This document shows, in pieces, positions 19,164 to 29,687 of a stretch of 64,000 nucleotides of DNA. The position numbers and the translations under genes were made by a program. Source of the DNA: Candidatus Zhuqueibacterota bacterium (GTDB lineage: Bacteria; BS750m-G25); NCBI GenBank assembly GCA_016783505.1, contig JADHWK010000002.1, positions 1-64,000 on the forward strand, written 5' to 3'. Within the stretch, counting starts at the first letter, position 1; each line of letters begins with the position of its first letter. Below the pieces are notes generated by a model, which saw only the letters and a program-made list of their open reading frames with translations, searched no databases and was not told where the DNA came from.

Positions 19164-20498
19164 CTACAACCGATAATAATTTACCTTCTTACCGTAAAAC
19201 AATTCATCGCCGTAGGCGGATACCGTACGGGCGAATGCTGAGCGATCGATGCCGGCTCTAACCAAGTTGTGTACAAATGTTGGGGGGTGGCTAAACGGGC
19301 AAACCTTCATGCATAAGCCGCAATCAGTACCGACCGCACGCCAGTAGAGGATACATTTCTCCGCATCCAGTGGCCATTTCTCCACGCCCCTGACGACAGT
19401 TTTGCTTCCTTTTTCTATGGCCCCTGTGGGACAATTCGTCGCGCACTTTAAGCACTTTTCGCAGAAATCCTGAACGCCGAATGATATCGGTTTATCAGGT
19501 ACGAGTGGTAGATCGGTTGTGATGGCGCCCAGTCGGACTCTGGCACCAAACTTCGGTGAAATCAGATAGCCGCACCGTCCAAGTTCGCCCAGACCAGCGT
19601 CGTGAGCCACCGGTGTGAGCATAATCTGGTAATTGCTGCCGGAGATATGTGACCGAGCTGGGTATCCCAGGGCTCGAATATATTGCGCAAGAGAAATTGA
19701 AATCTGCGCCCCTCTTAAATATTGCAACACCGATTCCTCTGTTATGGGCAAATCTGGCGCTGCTTCAACATGGGCATAATCCATCTCGAGAGAATAGGCG
19801 ATAGCAAACTGATGATTGTTCTCGATCGGCGCGCCCCAATTCTCAGGTCCGCGACCGACATGGGAATAAACATACATTGGGTTAAGCTCGGCTATGCCAA
19901 CTGCATCTGCGCCAAGACGACGAACCAATTCCTTTACCTTACCGCTCATTTCAGCCGGATCAATTTCTATACGGGTTTGGCTGACTTCTCCGTCAACCCT
20001 TGTCGTCCAATCTTTAATCATCGTAAATATTGATCGTATATTATGTGACCGTTCCGGGTCATAGTAAAGACCGCCGAGTTCCAGTAACTCCGGTAGTTTA
20101 CGTATTTCATCATCAATCGTTTTGTATTCGGGCCGCATAGTATAATATTTCTCATATTTTTCAATGCCGGAAAAGTATTCTTCCCTGGCAAAGATAGTAT
20201 CGCGCTCGTCAACTTTTAAATCAATTTTTCCGATATATAGAGATTTATGTGAGCCAACCGGGCCAAAAAAAAGTATAGCCAATACAGCGATCGTTACTAA
20301 TGGAAAGGCCAGAACATAGCCAGAGGGTAGAAACAAAAAGTATCCCCCGAACCATGCTAGACTAACGACAATAAGTGTTGCTGCGCTGATCGCAATTGCT
20401 CGAGGTTTTCGTTCACAGATAGAGCTGACAGTAAATAGTCCGAAAAAAATGCAAATCACTCCGCCGGTACATAGAAAAATTAAACAAAAAATATCCAT
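19164..20498 (-). CDS. Reductive dehalogenase-like (RdhA/QueG superfamily) protein with three N-terminal TM helices
   Basis: LGADAVGIA, DAGLGELGR, GARVRL..ITTDLPLVPDKP; CX2CX2CX3CP and CX10CX2CX3CP; no twin-arginine. Confidence 0.85.
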   Translation of the reverse strand: MDIFCLIFLCTGGVICIFFGLFTVSSICERKPRAIAISAATLIVVSLAWFGGYFLFLPSGYVLAFPLVTIAVLAILFFGPVGSHKSLYIGKIDLKVDERDTIFAREEYFSGIEKYEKYYTMRPEYKTIDDEIRKLPELLELGGLYYDPERSHNIRSIFTMIKDWTTRVDGEVSQTRIEIDPAEMSGKVKELVRRLGADAVGIAELNPMYVYSHVGRGPENWGAPIENNHQFAIAYSLEMDYAHVEAAPDLPITEESVLQYLRGAQISISLAQYIRALGYPARSHISGSNYQIMLTPVAHDAGLGELGRCGYLISPKFGARVRLGAITTDLPLVPDKPISFGVQDFCEKCLKCATNCPTGAIEKGSKTVVRGVEKWPLDAEKCILYWRAVGTDCGLCMKVCPFSHPPTFVHNLVRAGIDRSAFARTVSAYGDELFYGKKVNYYRL

Positions 20499-20920
20499 CG
20501 CTCACCGAACTTGAAAATAATACCCAAAGTTGTCCTCAAACCCAACTTTTTATAAACAGGAGGAATTCTTGAATCGAAATATTTCAATTATCCTTAAGCC
20601 TTGATAGCCTCTTCTAGCGACTAACGCAACAGAGCCAGCCATCCTCCAGTGTTTTCTGCATAATAATTTTATTTTCCATCGGGTATCAACTCGGCATGAA
20701 CGTTTCCCGTCCCCCAATTTTTTGAAATAGCCCATATACTATTTCTCTTTTTCTACCTCAAGGCAGCGTTGATAGATCACCTCCTGTCCCGAAGGGATCT
20801 TAATGGAAAAGCCATTCCCCAGGGTATTGTGCACCTTCATGGCACAACCGATGATTTTATTAGTTAAAATATCATCAATTTTTTCTTCTAAAAACACCTT
20901 TCTTGGTTTGGTTTTAGGTC

Positions 20921-21124
20921 ACCCCCACCTTCACCCCGTTAGATTAAGTAAACTATCTAACGGGGCAAGCCCTCCCCTTTCAAGGGGGAGGGAATTCCAT
21001 TGTTTTTTTTGCAAAATTCTGGGATGGTCTAAAAAAAATATTGAGAATTAAGTTAAACCTCTTTTTTCATTAATCAATAAGCATTGGTTCCCCTCCCTTG
21101 ATGGGAGGGGTCAGGGGTGGGTGA
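20921..21124. repeat. Inverted pair of C/G-rich REP-like hairpins
   Basis: ACCCCCACC...CCCTCCCCTTTCAAGGGGGAGGG and CCCCTCCCTTGATGGGAGGGG...GGGGTGGGTG. Confidence 0.65.
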
Positions 21125-21229
21125 TGTAACCTATTTCTCACAATACTCAAGTGGATTTTTGTGTTCCTTTGTGGCCGATTTTGGACATGGAGGTTTCATC
21201 TTATCTGTCTTTTTATCATGGACATTCTA

Positions 21230-22960
21230 TCATCCTGTAAATCCTGGTCCAGAAATCCTTTCCAATTGCTTCTTATAGGGGATATGTTCCCGGGAAAAAT
21301 AATCTTTGGTGAGATGAGCGGTGGTTTTGGAAAGGGCGATCAGGGCGATCAAATTAGGAATGGCCATCAGTCCCAGGGCGGCATCCCCGAAGCCCCACAC
21401 CACCTCTAAGGAAAACATTGCTCCCAGGAAATGCACGATGCAATAGACCAACTTGTAAGGCTTGATGGCCCTTGAACCCAGCAGGTACTGGATACTGCGG
21501 TCGCCGTAATAGGACCAGGAGATGGCGGTGGACAGGGCAAAGAGAAACACGGCCAAGGTAACAATGTAATTTCCAAAATTGCCCAATATGGGCTTAAGAC
21601 CCAGTTGAAAGGACCAGGCCGTCAAGGGGGAGGAATGCTGGGGCATCCGTCCCCGAATTTCCACCAAGCTGTTGCTGACCCCCAGGCCGTTCTGATCGAA
21701 AATGCTGATGGTGCCTTCTTCATCCACGGAAAATGACCCGGTGAAGGGTTGATCATCCAGCAGGATTTCATCCTCCTCGATGCCCCCGTCCCTGCGGACG
21801 AAGACTACCCCTTGGGCTTGACCTTCCTCTACTGGGAAGGTGCCCACGAAACGGTCCTCATCGTCAATAAAGGCATCCATTTCCACCCGGCCCTCTTCTT
21901 TCAGAACCAGAATGGCATTCTTGGCCTCGAAATTGACCGTCTCGGTCCTCTTCTGATTCCAGGTCCCCATGATGATGATTACCAGTCCTGTCATGGTGCA
22001 GACGACGAGGGTATCAATGAAGGGGCCGATCATAGCCACCGTCCCCTCCCGGACCGACCACTTCGTCTTCGCCGCTGCGTGGGCGATGGGCGCTGACCCC
22101 TGTCCCGCCTCATTGGAGAACAGCCCCCTCTTGACCCCCCACATCAGCGTCCACACTAAGGTGGCTCCGGCGAACCCCCCGATCCCCGCCGTCGGGGTAA
22201 AGGCGTGCTTAAAGATCAGGACAAAGGTTCCCGGAACTTTTTCAATGTTCAGCAAAAGGATGATCACCGCCCCGGTTACGTAGACGATCATCATACCCGG
22301 GGCCAGCTTAGAGGCCACCTTCCCGATCCGTTTGATCCCCCCGATGATCACCAGGGCCACTAAGGAGGACATGATAAGACCGGTAACCCACTGGGGGATG
22401 CCCAGGTCGGCACGGAAGGAATCGGCCACCGTAAACGCCTGGATAGCGTTACCCTGGCCAAAAGAGCTAATCACCGCACAGGCGGCGAAGAGAATAGCTA
22501 TCGGTTTCCACCGGCGCCCCAACCCTTTTTCGATGTAATACATCGGTCCCCCCGAGGCGGAGCCGTCGGGGTTGATTTTGCGGTAAAAGTGTGAAAGGGT
22601 GCATTCGGTATATTTCAATGCCATTCCAAATATGGCGGTGACCCACATCCAGAACAGCGCTCCCGGCCCCCCGTAGTGGATGGCGGTAGCCACCCCGGCG
22701 ATGTTGCCAATACCCACCGTGGCTGAAAGGGCTGCCGATAGGGCCTGAAAATGGGTAATGTCCCCCTCGTCGGCCGGGTCGTCGTAGCGACCGGAGATAA
22801 CCCCCAAAGAGTGTTTGAACTTCCGTATCTGCACCCAGCCCATCCGGAAGGTGATGAACACCCCCGTTCCCACCAGCAGCACCACCAAAAAGGGAAGCTG
22901 GGGGGGATATTCCCAGATAAAACTCTTAGCCGCATCCACCAGGTTCTTCAGCGTCTCCAT
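21230..22960 (-). CDS. Sodium:alanine/glycine symporter (AGCS family) with large soluble insertion
   Basis: ATVGIGNIAGVA, GGPGALFWMW, GGPMYY, RGLFSNEAGQGS, FIDT, WSYYG, MAIPNLIAL. Confidence 0.93.
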   Translation of the reverse strand: METLKNLVDAAKSFIWEYPPQLPFLVVLLVGTGVFITFRMGWVQIRKFKHSLGVISGRYDDPADEGDITHFQALSAALSATVGIGNIAGVATAIHYGGPGALFWMWVTAIFGMALKYTECTLSHFYRKINPDGSASGGPMYYIEKGLGRRWKPIAILFAACAVISSFGQGNAIQAFTVADSFRADLGIPQWVTGLIMSSLVALVIIGGIKRIGKVASKLAPGMMIVYVTGAVIILLLNIEKVPGTFVLIFKHAFTPTAGIGGFAGATLVWTLMWGVKRGLFSNEAGQGSAPIAHAAAKTKWSVREGTVAMIGPFIDTLVVCTMTGLVIIIMGTWNQKRTETVNFEAKNAILVLKEEGRVEMDAFIDDEDRFVGTFPVEEGQAQGVVFVRRDGGIEEDEILLDDQPFTGSFSVDEEGTISIFDQNGLGVSNSLVEIRGRMPQHSSPLTAWSFQLGLKPILGNFGNYIVTLAVFLFALSTAISWSYYGDRSIQYLLGSRAIKPYKLVYCIVHFLGAMFSLEVVWGFGDAALGLMAIPNLIALIALSKTTAHLTKDYFSREHIPYKKQLERISGPGFTG

Positions 22961-23116
22961 AACCGATTAATCCTCCTCCATTTTCGAGACAGTTCTGTTT
23001 GTGGAAAGTATAAGGAAAAAATTGTAAATTGTCAACAAAAAAATCAGCAGGGCTACATTTAATTGCCCGAACAAATTTTCACCTTAACAATTTGCTATTT
23101 TCTATCAAAGTCAGGT

Positions 23117-23590
23117 TCACGGCTTTAAAATATCCAAAATCTTGTATCTAATCTTTCCGGTAGAAGTCCCGATTTCGAACACATCCCCTACCGATTTCCC
23201 CACCAGTGTTTTGCCCACCGGGGATCCCAATGATACCATGTTCATGTCAAAATCAACATCAGTTGTTGAGACAAGGACATACTCTAATTTCTCGTCAGTA
23301 TCGAGGTCTAACAGAACCACCTTATTGCCCAGATACACTTTATCAGTGGGAACCTCCTTGTTATCGAAGATCCTTGCCCTGGCCAAAAGGTCTTCTAACT
23401 TAAGAATCTTGCTTTCCAGAAGGGATTGATCTTCTTTTGCCGCATCATATCCGGCGTTTTCCCGCAGGTCTCCCTGTTCCCTGGCCTCAGCAACACTCCT
23501 TATAACCTTAGGTCGTTCAACCCTTTTTAAATGGTCAAGCTCCCTCTCCAGCTTCTGGTATTCATCTTTGGTAAGGTAGATAAACTTCAT
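23117..23590 (-). CDS. greA: Transcription elongation factor GreA
   Basis: AREQGDLRENAGYDAAKE, SPVGKTL. Confidence 0.92.
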   Translation of the reverse strand: MKFIYLTKDEYQKLERELDHLKRVERPKVIRSVAEAREQGDLRENAGYDAAKEDQSLLESKILKLEDLLARARIFDNKEVPTDKVYLGNKVVLLDLDTDEKLEYVLVSTTDVDFDMNMVSLGSPVGKTLVGKSVGDVFEIGTSTGKIRYKILDILKP

Positions 23591-23690
23591 CTGTTCTCCC
23601 TCCCATAAATCTCATTTAATCTTGTCCGGCAACAGTTCAGGACTAAACCATTTTACCAATAACCCGAAACCAATTTATTATGCTTAAGGT

Positions 23691-24155
23691 CTAAAATTCA
23701 ACCTTATCCCCCACTCGAATTCCGTTTTCCTCAAACCATCCCTGGTTCATCTCGAGGGCATATAGAATTGGTGTTGGGGGGACATAAACCTTTGTATCGT
23801 CCAAGGGCTCCATTCGTTGGATATCTACAATTTCACCCTTAATGTTGATAAAAGCGATATCCAGTTGGATAAAGGTATTTTTCATCCAGAAGGAATGAAG
23901 CCCTTCATATTCAAAGACAAAAAGCATGCCCTCATTGGGGGGGAGATATTGGCGAAACATCAATCCTCGTCGCCTTGCCTCAGGGGTCTGGGCAATCTCC
24001 ACCCCGATGGAAATTCTGCCGACTTTTAAGGGCACCAAATCATCTTTTTGCCCTTGAATATAACCATTCTCCCCCTCTTCACGGAAAAACACAATAATGA
24101 GTATAACGGAAAACCCTAAGATGAGGGGAAGAAGGATCTTCTTACCCAAAACCAA
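23691..24155 (-). CDS. DUF192 family protein
   Basis: VEIA..RRRGLMFR..GMLFVF..FWMKNT..LDIAFI..ALEMN. Confidence 0.9.
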   Translation of the reverse strand: MVLGKKILLPLILGFSVILIIVFFREEGENGYIQGQKDDLVPLKVGRISIGVEIAQTPEARRRGLMFRQYLPPNEGMLFVFEYEGLHSFWMKNTFIQLDIAFINIKGEIVDIQRMEPLDDTKVYVPPTPILYALEMNQGWFEENGIRVGDKVEF

Positions 24156-24452
24156 CCCTCCAAAAATCCTATATCATTATTCCTCAAAAAAGTATAAGGA
24201 AAAAATAGTAATTTGTCAACAAAAAAATTTGACCAGGCTGAATTAAAATGCCCATCCCAATTTTCACCTTGACATTTTTCCCGAAATATCTTATATTTAT
24301 CAAAAGACATAAACGAACCAAAGGTCTGTGAAACATGCCCATCAGTCGAGATTCTAGAAAGATGTGGAAAACAACACGCAATAGTTCGTTTATAAATTGT
24401 TAGGTGCAATGATTTAAACTGTTTCGCCAACCATCAGTGGTCGGCTAAGAAT

Positions 24453-25132
24453 ATGTATACATTTGGTGATGAATTGAATATATTGGAAATAAAGGATAAT
24501 TGTAGGGCCAATTTCAACAAATACACTAGAAAAGCATTTGAATCTATCCCGAAAATTGAAAATCCAAATATTCTAGATCTTGGTTGTGGGACTGGCGTAC
24601 CAACCATTGAAATAGCAAATTTGTCTAATGGAAATATACTTGCTATTGATTCAGACAAGGAGTGTCTAGATTGGCTTAAGCAAAAGATTAAGATATTAAA
24701 CTATGGTGAAAGAATTTCAATTATTCATGATTCCATTTTTACAGTGAATCTTCCTGAAAATAATTATGATATAATTCTTGCAGAAGGATTATTTAATATT
24801 ATTGGTTTTGAAAAAGGCCTATTGGGCTTTTCTAAGTTTTTGAAAACGAATGGCTATTTCATAATTCATGATGAATTTCAAAATAGAGAAAAAAATTACA
24901 TATTATTGAAGAATATCAATATGAGTTAGTGAAATCCTTCATTTTAGATGAAAAGATTTGGTGGAATGAATACTATAGTTGTCTAGAAAAAAAGATGATG
25001 GATTTTAAGAAAGAAATTGCTAATAACATAAATTCAAAGAATGTATTTAAACGAGAAAGATCTGAAATAGATATGTATAAGAAAAATCCATTGAAATTTA
25101 GATCAATATATTATGTTCTTAAAAAAATATGA
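24453..25132 (+). pseudogene. SAM methyltransferase split by a 1-bp deletion in an A-run; cassette cargo
   Basis: ILDLGCGTG; one more A in the A7 at 24889-24895 fuses the two ORFs (..NREKKLHIIEEYQYELVKSFILDEKIWW..). Confidence 0.8.
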
Positions 25133-25195
25133 AAAAATTGCTTTGCCTTCGCCGTCCTGGCTTCGGCAAGAAATAATAAATGGCATATGCACTGC

Positions 25196-25263
25196 ACCTT
25201 ACACGGCATATCCAAAATTACTCCCTTTGGTCGCAACTTCGGATTATGCAGGTACCGTTAGCT
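25196..25263 (+). mobile_element. attC-like site 1
   Basis: TGCACCTTAC (25193-25202) pairs 9/10 with GTTAGGTGCA (24399); inner GGCATATCC/GGATTATGC arms; ends GTTAGCT. Confidence 0.7.
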
Positions 25264-25574
25264 GAAATAAGCCCAATTTTATCAGCGGTAAAAAGATAGC
25301 CGTGAATATGGATATTATATTATTGAGATCCTTATGAGCATTTGTCTAGCGAAAGTGGATGAACATAGATCTAGGATTTAAGGCGTAAGCCTTTTATAAA
25401 ATCCTTATGGATTAAATCCGTTCAAGTCGTGATGAACTTTTCAAAAACAATTAGACAATAGAACAATTTTAGAGTATAACATTTGTTTTACTCATCTCTA
25501 ATTCTCGAATTGCTACGGTAATTAGTATAAAAGCCAAGATGAACAAAAATTGAAAGGAAAATAAAGAGTAAAAG

Positions 25575-28145
25575 ATGTTCAAAATCCAATGTTATTTTAT
25601 ATTGTTTTTAATATTTTTCTGGCAAACGTTTGTTTTTGCAGAAGAACACTCTATCCCGACCATCAACGCCGTTCGAACAGAAGAAGAGATCATTATTGAC
25701 GGGCTTTTGAATGAATCTATATGGCAGGGAGAAGGGTATTCCGACCTGATTCAAAAAAATCCCATTGAAGGGGCACCCCCTACGGAAAAAACTTCCGTTC
25801 ATATTGCCTATAATGATCAAGGGTTGTATATCGGGGCTCGTTGCTATCATAGCGGGAGCGATTCCATTCAGGGCGGGCTTGCCAGAAGAGATAAATCGGT
25901 TCAGTCAGATTGGTTCTGGTTCTGGATAGATCCCGATAAGAACGGGCATAACGGATTTGGTTTTGCTGTCAATCCAGACGGTTCCATTATTGACAGGAAG
26001 CTCTTCCAGGATATTCATTATGATAATGACTGGGATGGAGTCTGGGAAGCTGCTGCCAAAAAACATGAAAATGTTTGGACAGTGGAAATGTTAATACCCT
26101 ACAATCAACTCCGATTCGATAAAAAAGATGAATATGTTATGGGAATAAATTTTATGCGCTATATTCTTAAAAACGCCGAATATGATTATTTTGTAATGGT
26201 ACCCAAAAAGGAAACCGGTTTTGTTTCCAAATTTGGATTGCTAAAAGGAATCAAAGGGATTGAACCCCCATCGAGGTTTCAAATTATGCCCTATACAATG
26301 GCAAAAGCCTATGATTTATCTGAAGATAAAGACAGCCCCTTTTATGATGATAACAAATACATGCAGAATATTGGGATTGATTTGAAATATGGAATAACTG
26401 GAAATTTGACCTTAGATTTGACCATGAATCCTGATTTTGGCCAGGCGGAAGTAGACCCGGCCCAGATTAACCTCTCTGCTTTCGAAACCTATTATTCTGA
26501 AAAAAGAACTTTTTTTATTGAAGGTTCGGAAATATTCTCTTTTGGGGACAATCCAGCCGGGGGATTGTGGGGATGTTACTGGGCTGAGCCGGATATTTTT
26601 TACAGCAGAAGGATCGGAAGAAATCCTAAAGGGGAGGCCTCTCATGAGGGATTTGAAGACAGACCGGAACAAACCACTATTTTGGGGGCGGCAAAAATAA
26701 CCGGCAGGATAGGAGACTGGTCGGTCGGTAGTGTCAGTGCGGTCACCGATAGAGAATTTGCCAGAGTTGATTCTTCAGGAATACGATTCAAAGAGGAAAT
26801 AGAACCCCGTTCTTATTATGGAGTTTTAAGAAGCAGTAAAGAATTCAGTAAAGGAAATCAGGGGCTGGGGTTTATTATGACAGGGGTGACAAGGGATTTG
26901 AGAACCCAAGGGCTAAAACAGATTTATAACCGGAATGCGTTCGTATATGGAATGGATGGTTGGTCGTTTCTGGACAAAGCGAGGGAATGGGCGTTTATAG
27001 GAAAATTTGCCCATTCATATGCGGATGGGACCAAGGAGAGAATTCTGGACCTACAGCAGGAGTCAGGGCATTATTATCAAAGACCTGATTTTGACTATAT
27101 ATCTCTGGATTCAAACCGAACTTCATTGTCCGGAAGCATGGCAAGGTTTGGTCTATTAAAAACAAAGGGGAATGTATCATTTCAATCAGCGCTGGGAATT
27201 ATCTCTCCCGGTTTTGATACAAATGATCTGGGATTTAGCTGGTTTACAAATGTGATCAATATGCATGTTGTTGGAGGATATAGCTGGTTCCAACCCACTA
27301 ATTGGTTCAGAAGATCCAGTATTAATTTGATGATTTCAAGAAATTATGATTTCGACGGGAATAAATTGTTTCAACAGTACTATTTTACGGGACATATTAC
27401 CTTTCTTAATTACTGGGGCATTCATTCGTCCCTACAAATCACCCCGGATGGATTGGATTTATTTGATACCCGGGGTGGACCGGCTATTGCATATCACGGA
27501 TATCAGTATATGAACCTGGGATTTTATTCAGACGACAGAAAAAAAGTGAGGGTTTATGGAAGTATGAGTTATCGGGCTGTGAATGATGGGGCATATAGTA
27601 GAGATTTTGATATTGATTTTGTTTATAATCCCTCCCCTTCAATAAAGTTGACCCTTTCCGCAAACCTTTACAAAGAACTTGACCATCAGCAATGGGTGGA
27701 TAACATTGCCGATTCCTCTGCGGTTTCTACTTATGATACAAAATATATTTTTTCAGATTTAGACGAAACAATAAGATCGGGCACAATCCGACTGGATTGG
27801 GGATTCACGCCCAGACTATCATTTCAAATGTATATTCAGCCCTATATTGCAGTGGGACATTACTCTCATTTCAAGGAATTAATGGAGGGGGGCACCTATC
27901 ATTTTAAAGAATATGATTATCAGGAATCTAATCCGGATTTTAATTATAAATCTTTCAAAGCGAATATGGTTTTACGTTGGGAATATCGTCCCGGCTCTTT
28001 GATCTATTTGGTATGGACACAAAACCGGGAAAATGATGACAGACCCGGAGTTTATAATTTAAAGGATGATATCCAATCTCTTAGGGATGAAGATTCTGAC
28101 AACATATTCCTGGTTAAATTAAACTATTTATTCACTGTTCGTTGA
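25575..28145 (+). CDS. CBM9-like plus DUF5916 outer-membrane protein
   Basis: Signal peptide; IDGLLNESIW; DWDGVW; LTMNPDFGQAEVD; EKRTFFIEG; FYSRRIG; LRWEYRPGS. Confidence 0.85.
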   Translation: MFKIQCYFILFLIFFWQTFVFAEEHSIPTINAVRTEEEIIIDGLLNESIWQGEGYSDLIQKNPIEGAPPTEKTSVHIAYNDQGLYIGARCYHSGSDSIQGGLARRDKSVQSDWFWFWIDPDKNGHNGFGFAVNPDGSIIDRKLFQDIHYDNDWDGVWEAAAKKHENVWTVEMLIPYNQLRFDKKDEYVMGINFMRYILKNAEYDYFVMVPKKETGFVSKFGLLKGIKGIEPPSRFQIMPYTMAKAYDLSEDKDSPFYDDNKYMQNIGIDLKYGITGNLTLDLTMNPDFGQAEVDPAQINLSAFETYYSEKRTFFIEGSEIFSFGDNPAGGLWGCYWAEPDIFYSRRIGRNPKGEASHEGFEDRPEQTTILGAAKITGRIGDWSVGSVSAVTDREFARVDSSGIRFKEEIEPRSYYGVLRSSKEFSKGNQGLGFIMTGVTRDLRTQGLKQIYNRNAFVYGMDGWSFLDKAREWAFIGKFAHSYADGTKERILDLQQESGHYYQRPDFDYISLDSNRTSLSGSMARFGLLKTKGNVSFQSALGIISPGFDTNDLGFSWFTNVINMHVVGGYSWFQPTNWFRRSSINLMISRNYDFDGNKLFQQYYFTGHITFLNYWGIHSSLQITPDGLDLFDTRGGPAIAYHGYQYMNLGFYSDDRKKVRVYGSMSYRAVNDGAYSRDFDIDFVYNPSPSIKLTLSANLYKELDHQQWVDNIADSSAVSTYDTKYIFSDLDETIRSGTIRLDWGFTPRLSFQMYIQPYIAVGHYSHFKELMEGGTYHFKEYDYQESNPDFNYKSFKANMVLRWEYRPGSLIYLVWTQNRENDDRPGVYNLKDDIQSLRDEDSDNIFLVKLNYLFTVR

Positions 28146-28188
28146 TGTTATTAATAACCATCCCCATACAATTAAAGGATCACAATCC

Positions 28189-28626
28189 TTGATTCCAGTT
28201 CTTTTAACTTGTAACATGCTTACACACAAAATTAAAATGAATAAACAAACTTCAGCAAATGACATCCCCTCTGTAAACGAAACTTTTACCTTTATAATCC
28301 CTTATCATACCCTTCAAGTTACCCCTCAAGTCACCGAGCAAGTCACCGAGCAAGTCACCGAACAAGTCACCGAACAAGTCACCGGACAAGTCACCGGACA
28401 AGTCGAAATGATGGATAGAATTGCTTCCACGTTAAAACACTGTGAAACACCGAGGTCTCTAAGAGAGATCATGACGTTTTTAAAGCTGAAACATAGAGAG
28501 ACCTTTATGGAAAAAGTGCTACATCCACTCTTAGAGAAAGGCTACTTAAGAAGGACAATCCCAGATAAACCGAGAAGTAGATTTCAGAGGTATGTAGCAG
28601 TAAAGGAAAAGAAAAATGAGCAATAA
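28189..28626 (+). pseudogene. C-terminal remnant of a Fic/RecG-C type protein (QVT repeats plus winged helix)
   Basis: (QVTE)n followed by LKHRETF..LHPLLEKGYL..TIPDKPRSRFQRY; N-terminal catalytic part absent. Confidence 0.7.
28316..28404 (+). repeat. 12-bp tandem repeat CAAGTCACCG(A/G)(A/G), ~7 copies
   Basis: Direct reading; encodes QVTP/QVTE/QVTG. Confidence 0.9.
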
Positions 28627-28744
28627 TCCAAAACCCGGCTACAAACTCACCGAACTAGGTGAAATACCAGAAGAGTGGCAAGTGGTAAGGTTTGGGGAGG
28701 TCATTTTGGTAAAACTCAGGTATAAAGGAGTCAATAATAGATAA
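28616..28744 (+). pseudogene. Type I RM hsdS 5' stub 1
   Basis: MSNNPKPGYKLTELGEIPEEWQVVRFGEV then unrelated sequence and stop. Confidence 0.8.
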
Positions 28745-28751
28745 TCAAGCA

Positions 28752-29258
28752 ATGGTTCCAATAGAAATAATTGAGAAGCGAATTTATTTGCTCCGTGGAA
28801 AGAAGGTTATGATTGATTCGCATTTGGCAGAATTATATGGAGTAGAAACAAAACAATTAAAAAGACAAGTTAGAAGAAATGTAGAAAGATTTCCTGATGA
28901 TTTCATGTTTGAGTTAACACAAGAAGAATATCAGGATTTTTTAAGGCGCCAATTTGGCACCTTAAAGAGAGGCAAATATTCAAAATATATTCCATACGCA
29001 TTCACAGAACAGGGTATAGCTATGCTTTCCAGTGTGCTGAATAGCAAACGAGCTATACAGGTTAATATCCAGGTTATGCGAGCTTTTGTAAAACTCCGTG
29101 AGATGCTTACTACACACAAAGAACTTGCTCGCAAATTAGAACAATTGGAAAAGAAATATGATGCACAGTTCAAAATAGTATTTGATGCAATCCACCAGCT
29201 TATGGCACCACCCAAAAAGCCACACCGAAAGATTGGGTTTCATAGAGAGGGGAAATAA
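28752..29258 (+). CDS. ORF6N domain DNA-binding protein
   Basis: RGKKVMID..LAELYGVET..VRRNVERFPDDFMFELT..PYAFTEQGIAMLSSVLNS..RKIGF. Confidence 0.92.
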   Translation: MVPIEIIEKRIYLLRGKKVMIDSHLAELYGVETKQLKRQVRRNVERFPDDFMFELTQEEYQDFLRRQFGTLKRGKYSKYIPYAFTEQGIAMLSSVLNSKRAIQVNIQVMRAFVKLREMLTTHKELARKLEQLEKKYDAQFKIVFDAIHQLMAPPKKPHRKIGFHREGK

Positions 29259-29326
29259 TGAATAAATACAATAAGTTTAAACAAACAAAAATCGGCGAAA
29301 TACCTGAGGAGTGGAAGAATGTTTGA
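29258..29326 (+). pseudogene. Type I RM hsdS 5' stub 2
   Basis: MNKYNKFKQTKIGEIPEEWKNV*; ATG overlaps the ORF6N stop. Confidence 0.75.
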
Positions 29327-29604
29327 ACCAAATTTCCGCTACAGTCATAAGATTGTTAAAAATCTCACGCTAATTAAGCAAAGATATCAAGATTCTTAAA
29401 GAGAGGGGACAAATTGCATTAACTGAGAGGCAGATGAAGATTGTGGAATGGATATTACAAAATGGCAAGATAACAAATAAAGATGTAAGAGAGATGTTTA
29501 AAATTTCAGATCGAGCAGCCTTGAAGGAAATAAGAAAATTGGTGGATTCAGAAGTGGTTAAATCAGAAGGTAAAGGAAGAAGCCTGTATTATATTCTGGA
29601 ATAA
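29319..29604 (+). pseudogene. Internally deleted Fic-family gene (N-terminus plus C-terminal HTH only)
   Basis: MFEPNFRYSHKIVKNL joined out of frame to ..LTERQMKIVEWILQNGKITNKDVREMFKISDRAALKEIRKLV..GKGRSLYY*. Confidence 0.65.
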
Positions 29605-29614
29605 TGCGGTATAT

Positions 29615-29662
29615 GGTTCGGGATTAGGTTCGGGATTAGGTTGGCGATTAGGTTGGCGATTA
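29615..29662. repeat. 12-bp tandem repeat, 4 copies (GGTTCGGGATTA x2, GGTTGGCGATTA x2)
   Basis: Direct reading. Confidence 0.85.
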
Positions 29663-29687
29663 CTAGTTGGGAAAGACAAAAATTAAC

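Noticed and set aside
19164-20498. Epoxyqueuosine reductase queG
   Set aside because: Second Fe-S motif spacing and the TM N-terminus fit RdhA-like proteins better; phylogeny is still needed.
28316-29662. Tandem repeats as a CRISPR array
   Set aside because: 12-bp units with no spacers and no cas genes; the first set is coding (QVTE).
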